The position numbers and the translations under genes were made by a program. A stretch of 64,000 nucleotides of DNA from Sarea resinae (lineage: Eukaryota), in NCBI GenBank assembly GCA_026026165.1, contig JAPEUD010000040.1, positions 62,001 to 126,000 on the forward strand. The letters run 5' to 3'. This document shows positions 26,706-35,938 of this stretch, piece after piece. Within the stretch, counting starts at the first letter, position 1; every line of letters begins with the position of its first letter. Under the pieces are notes generated by a model, which was not told the origin of the DNA, ran no database searches, and saw only the letters and a program-made list of their open reading frames with translations.

Positions 26706-27421
26706 TTAAGTCTGGAAAAGCGTATCCTCCTATGTTGAGAGTCCCGAGTCAGCAATCGCGAGCGAACAAAGAGCAGAACCAGGAAACACGCATACCTCTC
26801 TCAAATACTCGCCGATATCCGCTTGTCGGAAGGTTGTAATCCCGGTTGGCTCCAGCCTGCGCGCTTCTGCCGTCGAGCGCGCCGTGACCCCGAAACCCTG
26901 TTTGATATGTTAGTAATAAGTTGCCAGGCATATCTATATCTCGTCGAAGAGGTTTTGAAGCGAGAAGAAAAAAGGCTACCGACCAAAGGCGTATCGTCCA
27001 TGCCCAGCACCACAACTCCCTGATGTTCGGGGCAATCCTCGCTCCACCGTCCCACATGCGCCTTCACCACATTGCCACCGTAGAGGAATGGCATCTCTCC
27101 GTTGGGCTTGATCCACACCTTATATCTAGCGTGAGGCGCCATCACATCCAGCGCCGTGATATGCAGTCGGAACTTGCCCGTCTTCGTGAACTTCCCAAGA
27201 CAAGTGCCGAGCGAGAGGAGGTTGGCGCGCGGGATCGTCGTCGCGATGTTGGCGATTGAGAGGCGCACGTAGTAGACGCGCGAATTGTGTAGCCGGAAGA
27301 CGTGGCGGTCTGTCGAGTCGGCCGAGGTCGAATCCGTGATCAGATGCGTGAGGGAACGGCCGGTGTAGTTTGCCAATTTCGAGAAGAGCGTTTGCGTCTC
27401 GGTTTCTGTGAGGGGCCGCAT
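26706..27421 (-). CDS. NIP7: 60S ribosome biogenesis protein Nip7 (PUA domain), 3 exons
   Basis: MRPLTETETQTLFSKLANY, GTCLGKFTKTGKFRLHITAL, KPNGEMPFLYG, QADIGEYLRE-EDTLFQT*. Confidence 0.95.
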
Positions 27422-27630
27422 CTTGGGTTCTACTGCTCTTTCTCAGAGACTATTCAAGGTGTTCTTGCAGGTCTCCTATTTGTGCCGATCGGATTGATTC
27501 CTGGCGGTGACGGTGCAGATGTTGAAGTTAAGGGCCGGGAGCAGAAGATAATCGATATGGAAGTTTTGGAGGTTTTGGAGTTTGGAATTTTTGATACGGC
27601 CGGCAATTGCCGCCGTCGCACCCATGCCAT

Positions 27631-27647
27631 CGCCAAATTTTTTGGCG
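27631..27647. promoter_or_regulatory. RRPE-like element in the divergent NIP7/NOC3 promoter
   Basis: CGCCAAATTTTTTGGCG (AAATTTTTT core) in the ~300 bp between two ribosome-biogenesis genes. Confidence 0.45.
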
Positions 27648-27723
27648 TGGGGTACGCCGAGTTTATTTTCGAAAATCCCAGCACCGTAGGTAAGGTAGAC
27701 AACACAAACGACCGCAAACGACC

Positions 27724-29856
27724 ATGGCAAAAATCCCAGCAGCCAAAAGACGGCGGCTCAGTCCGGTCGAGTCTCGGGACGACGAGGGTTCTTCCTCGTC
27801 GACGCTGCAGGGTGATTCCACGGCCAACTCGAAGGGATCCAGTGATTTCTATAGTCGAGCCGCCAAGTGGGATCTAGAGCAAGACTACGAGCAGAGGCCG
27901 CGAAAATTGAGCAAGAAGGAAAAAGAAAGCACGCGGTTGCCGATTAAGACTGCAGAAGGTCGCATCGAGCAAATGGAAGCCGCTGAGCCTGCCGTAGGCG
28001 ACGATGATAGCTTTCTGGACTCTGAGGAAGATGGAGAAGAGGAGCAAGAGGAGGAAGTTGTCCCCGATGTACCCAAGGTGTCGTCAAGGCAACAGATAAT
28101 AGAGGCGAAGGAAGAACTGGCAAGGATTGCAGGTTTGATCAATGAAGATCCTGAAGAGCATGTAAGTCAGGCCTTTACGTGGTCTATATACCGGCTTGAG
28201 GATTAATCCTCAATACAGGCCGGCCTCTTTCGCAAATTGGCCCAAGTTTCTTCTTCGGGAAATATCACCATTAAAAAGCTGGCTCTTGCAACACAACTTG
28301 CCGTTTACAAGGATGTCATCCCCGGCTACCGCATACGACCGGCTTCGGAAGACGAGATGAAGACAAAGCTGTCGAAGGAGGTTCGCCAACTTCGGAACTT
28401 TGAGCAGTCCCTTGTATCCGGATATCAGGCATATATCAAAGACTTGGCACGCTTGGCAAAGGGTAGCAAGGCAGATTCTTCCGAAGACAAGAGGGGTCTT
28501 GCTACTGTTGCGATATCGTGTGCTTGTGCATTGTTGCTTGCGGTACCGCATTTCAATTTTCGTGGCGATCTGCTCAAGATCTTGGTCGATAAAATGAGCG
28601 CGAGGACGGTGGATGCAGACTTCCTCAATTGCACCGATACTCTCGAACAATTGTTTCGAGAAGACGAAGATGGAACGCCTTCACTGGATGCTGTCACTCT
28701 CTTGGCCAGGATGATGAAGGCGCGCCATTACCGAGTGGACGAGAGCGTGCTGAATACTTTCCTTCATCTTCGGCTCCTTTCCGAATTTTCGTCCAAGGGT
28801 TCCCAGAACCACGTTGACAAAACTGAAGAGCAAGATTCCTTTAAAGGCAAGAAGCTGAAGCAAAAGAGGGAATTTCGAACCAAGAAACAGCGAAAGCTCG
28901 AAAAGGAGCGCAAGGTGGTCGAGACGGAGATGAAAGAAGCCGATGCTACGGTCAGCCACGAGGAACGTGATCGCATGCAAGCCGAAACGCTCAAGCTTGT
29001 CTTCGTTACATACTTTCGGATCCTTAAAGCACGCTCCGCGCCTCTTATGGGCGCTGTATTGGAGGGCTTAGCCAAGTACGCTCATTTGATCAATCAGGAT
29101 TTCTTTGGGGATCTTCTTGAGGCGCTCAAAGACCTCATCGCTCATGCCGAGGCCGAAGAAGATGCAGATGCAGACGCAGATGGAGAGGACGAGGAAGCTG
29201 ACGACGCTGAACCTACGACTTCTCGTAACCCGTCGCGCTCTTCTCTCCTTTGCATCATCACGGCGTTTGCGCTTCTAGAAGGCCAAGACGCCAGTGCTGC
29301 TGCTTCGTCGCTCAGTCTCGACCTCAATTTCTTTATCACTCACCTCTACCGGACCTTATACCCGCTCGCCTTGAACCCTGATCTCGAACTCAGCGCCAAG
29401 TCACTTCATCTACCCGATCCAGATTCTCTTGAGCATGCTCAAATGTCGTCATCCACGAATAAAATCAACGTTCAGACGACTGTTGTCCTCTTCCTGCGTT
29501 GTCTCTCCTCCGTTCTTCTGCCCCCGATAGCTGTGCGAGCGGTCCCGCCTCTCCGTGTCGCCGCGTTCTCGAAACAAATTCTCACAAGCTCGCTACAGAT
29601 GCCCGAGAAGTCATGTCTAGCAAGCTTGGGTCTGATGAACAAAGTCACCAAGACGCATGGCCGAAAGGTCAGCGCACTGTGGCATACGGAAGAGCGCAGG
29701 GGAGATGGGACTTTCGACCCGTTGAGGGGAGAAGTCGAGGGCAGTAATCCATTTGCTAGTACGGTGTGGGAGGGGGAATTATTGAGGAAGCATTATTGTC
29801 CTAAGGTCAGGGAAGCGGTTGCAGGAGTGGAGGGGAATATTCTGAGTGTGAGGTGA
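27724..29856 (+). CDS. NOC3: Nucleolar complex-associated protein Noc3, 2 exons
   Basis: RLPIKT, KEELARIA..EDPEEH, VYKDVIPGYRIR, PHFNFR, VLEGLAKYAHLINQDFFGDLL, WEGELLRKHYCP. Confidence 0.95.
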
Positions 29857-30200
29857 TCTACGATTTATCTATCTTATACTATGATAAAATCACATATGAG
29901 TTTCTCCTTGCGTTCACTTCCAATGTAAACACTCGACATATTCTCTATATACCTGCGGTTGTGTTGTCGATCAGCGCCTGTCCGATTTAGGAAGGTCTAA
30001 GAAATCAGGGTCGTTATCGATAAGGTTACGTCGCATACTAATGACGTTATGACTGTTTCCGTGCGACCTCTTGAGTTTCTATCATAAATTCAAGGCAATT
30101 CCTCTTTCTCTTTCCAAAATCAACTCAGTATATCGTACCCCTAGAAGAATTTCTGGTTTCGAAACTGAAAACTCGTCACCTCGGATCAAGGTCTCTCAAC

Positions 30201-31559
30201 ATGACAGGCCTCATCACCTACAAGGGCTGGTCTCTCTCCGAGATGCCACCCTTGACCGACAAGGTAGCCGTCATCACCGGCGGCTCTTCAGGTATTGGCC
30301 GCGAAATCACGGCTCAGCTCCTCCTTCATGATGTCAAGAAAGTCTACATCCTCGGCCGCTCGCAGGACAAATATCACAAATCTCTACTAGAGTGGTCAGA
30401 GAAGAAGGGTATCAAGACCGAGAACAGCACGACGCGCACGACGTTCGTAAAATGTGATTTGACCGACGTCAATGATGTGAAGCGCGTCGCGGAAACCCTG
30501 TCAAGCCAGCTCGAACGACTGGACATGCTGTTCTGCAACGCGGCCATCTCAACCTTCGAGCCATACGGGCTCTCGCCTCAGGGCATCGAGACTATGTTCG
30601 CCGCCAACTACGTCGGCCACTTCACACTCACTATGCTTCTCCTGCCGCTCCTCGAGCGCACCGCCGGCCTCATGGCCACGAGCTCCTCCCCCACCGCCCC
30701 GCGCATCGTCGTCGCTACTTCCTCCCTCCACATGGCTTGTCGCGAGCTCGATTTTGCCGCCCTCACGTCCCCAACCCCCACGAAATGGCCCCCGCAGCTC
30801 GAATCCCCCTGGCGCTATGCGAGGAGTAAATTGGCCGACATCCTCTTCACGAGGCAACTGGCTCGGCGTCTCGAGAAGAGAGGCCACGGCCAGGCCAGCA
30901 GTAAAATATATGTGAACACTTATTTCCCGGGCAATGTCCCGACGGAGGCCATGGATAGCTGGAAGGACGGATTGGGGCTGCTCCTGGGCACGGCGATGAA
31001 GAGCGTTTTTTATGTGCTGGGCCAGGGCGTGCAGGATGGGGCTGCGGGGGCCTTGTTCTTGGGTACGGCGAGGGAGGTCGAAGAGAATGATCTCAGGGGC
31101 AGGTATTTCATTCCTATCGCCACCGAGGATAGGACTAGTGCGCTTGGCGAGGATATGGATCTCGCGAGGAATTTGTGGAGTTGGACTGAACAGAAGGTTA
31201 GGGAGACGTTGGGGGACGCGTGGTTGGATGAGCCGAAGGAGAAGGTGGAGGTGAAGGATGACGGTGAGAAGGTTGAGAAGAAGGTTGAGAAGAAGGCTGA
31301 GAAGAAGGCTGAGAAGAAGGCTGAGAACAAGTTTGACAGTGCGAGAGTTGATGGGCAGCAGGTTGATGAAGGTCCAAAGGTCTCTAGGATGAGGAAATTT
31401 GATGGGGCGCCGAAGTTTGATGGGGAGAAAGGCTATGGTGAAGCTGAAAACAGAAAGGAGGAAGTGCCGCAGCGAAAGCTGGACGTCCAGGGAGGGGGCG
31501 ATGCCGGTGAAAAGGAGGCAATCCACATGGATTCGAATTACTCACCGATTGCATACTGA
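30201..31559 (+). CDS. Short-chain dehydrogenase/reductase (retinol-DH/WWOX-like) with a charged C-terminal tail
   Basis: TGGSSGIG, CDL, NAA, NYVGHF, catalytic YARSK. Confidence 0.9.
   Translation: MTGLITYKGWSLSEMPPLTDKVAVITGGSSGIGREITAQLLLHDVKKVYILGRSQDKYHKSLLEWSEKKGIKTENSTTRTTFVKCDLTDVNDVKRVAETLSSQLERLDMLFCNAAISTFEPYGLSPQGIETMFAANYVGHFTLTMLLLPLLERTAGLMATSSSPTAPRIVVATSSLHMACRELDFAALTSPTPTKWPPQLESPWRYARSKLADILFTRQLARRLEKRGHGQASSKIYVNTYFPGNVPTEAMDSWKDGLGLLLGTAMKSVFYVLGQGVQDGAAGALFLGTAREVEENDLRGRYFIPIATEDRTSALGEDMDLARNLWSWTEQKVRETLGDAWLDEPKEKVEVKDDGEKVEKKVEKKAEKKAEKKAENKFDSARVDGQQVDEGPKVSRMRKFDGAPKFDGEKGYGEAENRKEEVPQRKLDVQGGGDAGEKEAIHMDSNYSPIAY
31266..31331 (+). repeat. Coding 12-bp tandem repeat (EKKV/EKKA)
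   Basis: GAGAAGAAGG(T/C)T, about 5 copies, inside the SDR tail. Confidence 0.85.
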
Positions 31560-32072
31560 AATGATTTATGAAAAGGAACAAAACCCAGTGATCTGGGGTT
31601 GGTGCTTAGGGGCTGGTTTGATGGCGAATCTCGGAGACGGAATGGGATTCGGAGCATGGAAAAAGCGCTTGTTTACTATTTGCTCTTTGCTAGGTTGTGA
31701 GGTAGGAAGGCGCCGATGCGGTACTGAGCTGACTGAGGTATCTTCAACGAATAATGAATCCATATTATTGCGGGACTAGAATCTGTTTGTTTGAACCGGC
31801 TGGTATGTATCTGCATAGTTTCTAGCCGTAGTAGATGCAATGATATCCTGACGACCTCACGGTCGGACTAGGAAATTGGTAACCAAACCCGGCAGGTGGA
31901 TGGAGGACTGTAGCCGTTGGGTCATGATCCGAATCAAATGTTCAAATACAATTGAACGACTCACGAAAACAGGACTGCTCTCAAGTATACCTTAGGGTTC
32001 CCGCTATGGTTACCTACCTAAGGTAGGTACCTTAAAGAGTGAGGTGAGTAGTGTGAGGAATGGCTGAATCAC

Positions 32073-33390
32073 TGAGACGTTCAACGATGTTACGCCTAAA
32101 TCGGGACAAGTCCACCTCAGCGAGTATTTGCACTTTTTTCGTCAAACGTCTCAGTCGGGGCGCAGGCACAAGGGCTGCTGGCGATCCATTGGCGATGCAC
32201 CGGCGATGGGCAGGCTCCAGATTTTGAGACGTTCGACGGACTTTGCAAATTTCAAGGCACTGGGAGGCTTTAGACATATTTCGTTCGAACGTCTCAAAAT
32301 CTAGCTGGCCGGTCGCCCGCACAGCGACAGTGTATCGCCAGTGGATCGCCAGCCTCTCGCCGGCGCACTAGCACCTGTGCCCCCGCCTGAGACGTTCGAC
32401 GAAAAAGGTGTCGAAATAAGCTTACTAGTAGTTTCAGAGAAATATCGTCGAACGTCTCAGTATTTCAACCATTCCTCACGTTCACCTCACTTTATAGGCG
32501 AGAATGGCCTGAATTCTAAGCTGAACCTCAAAGTCGTGCATTTTTGCTTGAGACGTTCGACGATATTTCTCTGAAACTACTAGTAAGCTTATTTCGACAC
32601 CTTTTTCGTCGAACGTCTCAGAATCTACAGCCTGCTCATTGCTGGTGCATAGCAGGCGCATCGCCGGTGCATCGCCAGCGCTCTCGCCTGAGACGTTCAA
32701 CGAAAAAAGTCCAAAAACTCCTCAGTGAATATTTCGCAGAAATCATCGGACGTCTCAGTCTTGATACGGTTCCGTTTTGACGAGGTCGACAGTGTCGATA
32801 CGGTCTAACAGTGTCAATACGGTTTCCCCGCTGACACGGTATCGTGCTGCCCAAGCTGAGACGTTCAACGAAAAAAGTGCACCCCCTCCTCTTTGAGTTT
32901 TTCGCCCAAAAGCATCGAACGTCTCAGTCTAAAACGGTTCCGTTTTGACAGGGTCGACGGTGTCGATACGGTCTAACGGTGTCAATACGATCTGACAGTG
33001 TCGATACGGTTTTCCCGTTGACACGGTTTCGTACTGCTCAGCTGAGACGTTCGACGGAAAAAGTGCACCACCTCTTCTATGAGTTTTATGCCCAAAATCA
33101 TCGAACGTCTCACTTTTTTAATTTGGTTCCTTGACGGTATCGGTACGGTCTAACGGTGTCGATACGGTCTTTCCGTTGATACGGTATCGTACCGCTCAGC
33201 TGAGACGTTCAACGGAAAAAGTGCACCACCTGTGAGTTTTTCGCCAAAATCATCGAACGTCTCAATTGTAATCACGCGAACATGGTGTCAACATGGTGTC
33301 AACATGATGTGAGCATTCATGGTATCAACATGTTATCAACACGTTACCCGCGGTGAGACGTTCAACGAAAAAGGTCCAGAGACTCGCTTG
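32073..33390. repeat. Array of 8.5 inverted-arm cassettes (TGAGACGTTCRACG ... CRTCGAACGTCTCA), mean period 160 bp
   Basis: Cassettes at 32073-32153, 32225-32296, 32388-32459, 32549-32620, 32689-32757, 32857-32926, 33043-33112 and 33201-33264, plus a left-arm-only unit from 33354. Confidence 0.95.
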
Positions 33391-33839
33391 GGCATATCTA
33401 CCTACCTACGGATACCAACGAAACATACCTTAAGGTAGTGGAGATATCTAGCTTAAGAGCATTCATAGAGATAGTGAGATGCTCTCTGGAATTTGGCATC
33501 ACCACACGTAGAGGATTAGGATTTCTTATATTCACCGCGATATCATTTGCTCTTCCCGTTCAATAGTCTGCGAGAACTGCTAAGAGGACTATCAAGAAGC
33601 GATCGAGAAAATGATAGACCAAGCGCATAGGATTACAAGCCTGCCATAAGCGTTTCCGCATATCCATATTCGCGTTCGCTGTAGAGTCAGGGCATTCATA
33701 TCCAGTAAGAAAGAACCTCCAGACTTTGAAGCGATCAAAACAAGCCCCCCTTAGCCAAGACCCCATTTTTGTGTCTCAAAGCATAACCCTTGCCATCCGT
33801 TCGTTGCGCCAGTAAACCATCCTGAACCCGAAACCCACC

Positions 33840-35444
33840 TCAACGACCTTCCCAGGGACTGCTACTGCTAGCAGTAACATCCTCAAAGGCCAGCTCCCAT
33901 TGATCGACCTCTTGAAACTTCTGCCTCGCGGCCTCTATCTCCGGAGCCGGTTCTGGTCTCTTGCGTGTAGGCGTTGCATCGGTACTATCGTCAAGCGGTC
34001 CAAGACTGTCGTTTCCTGGGTTCGAAGCGGCCGGCAACACTCGTATAGTACCTTCATTTTCTTTGTCAGATGATGCGCGGCGGGTGTACGTCCTGAGACC
34101 CTTGGTTTGGGTAGCCGTCAACTTCGTAGATTTCGTCTTTGCTGGCCTGCCTCGCTTCTTGACGGTCGGCTTGGTGGTTTTTGCAGCACGCGATTGTCTT
34201 TGCGCTGTCTTTCTATTCGGTACAAAGGTAAGCTCGTCTTCGTCCTCGTCTACAACAATCGGCGTCGCTTCTGCTTCGCTGCTACTGAGCACGTCAAAGT
34301 CACCACGGGGGCCTCGACGACGTCGACGTGGAAGTAGATTCTGGAGCGCGGCTGTTGAGACTGGGTCTCGTCGTCTGGCTTTTTTGTTTCTTGCTGGCGG
34401 AGATCCAAAATCTGCCGGCGCCGTTTGCTTGGCCGCCTGGGCTAGTCGCGATGACTGAGTTTGCTTGGAACCCGCTCTCGTAGACCTGGTTCGACTGATT
34501 GGTTCAGGACTGCCCGGGCTGCTGCTTCGTGGCGGTGCCATTGTCTCGCTATCCAATTCGGGCGCGACTTCATGCTTGTCTCGGGATTCTTGCCGTGTTT
34601 CTTCACCAATTGCCTCAATATCGGGGAGGCTGATACTCTGAGAGCTCTGATCATTAAGCGCTGATTCACCGCTTGGACTCACTGCTGGTGGGGGCGAGGA
34701 CCGTGGCACTTCAACCGTTGGAGGCGTTAACTTGCGCTTCCTCGAGCTCGATGTTGGTGGCGAGCGAGGGGTTGAGAGAGATGTTGGTTCATCGTCTATG
34801 TGAGGCTTTGAAATATCCAATTTGAGAGGAGTTGATTCGTCATCGGGGTTAAAATCGTCTTCATCTTCGTCTGTATCATCCTGGCGTACCATGCGCAAAA
34901 TACTCGGCTGACGTGGTCGACGTTTGAAATTTGCAATCGCAAGGACCGAGTTGTCAACACCGGGTGTTCCTGGAACTTTACGTCTGAGCCCAGGTCTCTG
35001 ATCCGTTGCGCGTGTCGTCCCCACCACATTCTCCCCCTGGCTTTCCGTTTCCTTTCTGACCGTGCCTGGGATCTCGACTCCGCCCTCTCGTGCCTTCTTC
35101 CTAGCTTTCAAAGCTTCGATAGCCTTTGCATTCTTCTCATCAGTGGCCGATGCGACATTGACGGCCCTCTGCCGAAGTACCCTCGATCTTCGAGTTGGAT
35201 CCGGCACGTCTCCTGGTCCAAGCCCTCCCTTCATTTCAATCTTCTCGTTCGCCGCAAGCCTGCTGAGTCGCGGCACCTTCCTCTTAGTAGTAAGCGGGGT
35301 ACTACTATCACTGCTTCCATCATCTGCCAGTATGTCCTCTGCGCGTAATCGGTGTTGAGAGCTGGTGGCTTTCCCAACCGTTGGTTTCTTGACGCGTGAA
35401 GCGGGCGCTGAGGGCGCTACCTTTGATCGCGGTGGACGCGGCAT
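33840..35444 (-). CDS. Basic disordered protein, probable Sororin/Sor1 cohesin regulator
   Basis: 534-aa single ORF; AT-hook-like KKRGRPAK, YSR-like RTYTRR, KEN box DKENE, C-terminal KFQEVDQWELAFEDV resembling the Sororin domain. Confidence 0.6.
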   Translation of the reverse strand: MPRPPRSKVAPSAPASRVKKPTVGKATSSQHRLRAEDILADDGSSDSSTPLTTKRKVPRLSRLAANEKIEMKGGLGPGDVPDPTRRSRVLRQRAVNVASATDEKNAKAIEALKARKKAREGGVEIPGTVRKETESQGENVVGTTRATDQRPGLRRKVPGTPGVDNSVLAIANFKRRPRQPSILRMVRQDDTDEDEDDFNPDDESTPLKLDISKPHIDDEPTSLSTPRSPPTSSSRKRKLTPPTVEVPRSSPPPAVSPSGESALNDQSSQSISLPDIEAIGEETRQESRDKHEVAPELDSETMAPPRSSSPGSPEPISRTRSTRAGSKQTQSSRLAQAAKQTAPADFGSPPARNKKARRRDPVSTAALQNLLPRRRRRGPRGDFDVLSSSEAEATPIVVDEDEDELTFVPNRKTAQRQSRAAKTTKPTVKKRGRPAKTKSTKLTATQTKGLRTYTRRASSDKENEGTIRVLPAASNPGNDSLGPLDDSTDATPTRKRPEPAPEIEAARQKFQEVDQWELAFEDVTASSSSPWEGR

Positions 35445-35938
35445 TGCGATCGCCGTTAGTTATTCAGAGGCGAGATCCTCAGTCTTGAATGTGCATATGT
35501 AAAAATAAGCGCCGCGATGAAAGTTCGATTTGCAATATCGTCATTGGAGATGAAGGTGGTGGGGAGAGTGATTTGACGTCCACGAAAGTGAGACGAGTCC
35601 GGGGTCCGAGTCCTTAGTCGACGCGGTTTCTGACGCGAGGACAATGTTTACAAGCGACAAGGGCCAGCCAGGCCAGGGCCATGGGCAGTGAACCCAGCAC
35701 TTACGTAAGCTGTGTCTCGCACATCTGAACTTCACTCTTTTCTAGCCTTCACTAACGTTCTCGAATCACAGTGACTAGAGATTGAATGGTCCAACTCCTT
35801 TCCCTTGATCTCTTTTCATATCACTGTAAATTCAATTGTACAGCTGGATAGCTACGGCTGTGAATAGAGTTGACATTCTCAAATTGTTGCTTTTACAATG
35901 ATAGCTCATTAGACCTCATTACCGCTTTCCTTCTACTC

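Noticed and set aside
31991..31997. Telomere-like TTAGGG beside the array
   Set aside because: Single hexamer only, no tandem telomeric tract
32032..32854. Short ORFs over the array (e.g. ETFDEKGVEISLLVVSEKYRRTSQ on both strands)
   Set aside because: By-products of the inverted repeats; alternative starts, no splice or domain support
32073..33390. CRISPR array
   Set aside because: Eukaryotic context with no cas genes; repeats alternate in orientation and the intervening sequences are related to each other rather than unique spacers
32073..33390. Synthetic Golden Gate construct (every arm contains a BsmBI site GAGACG/CGTCTC)
   Set aside because: Units are degenerate with natural-looking transitions, no vector parts are present, and a diverged solo copy exists at 130-212
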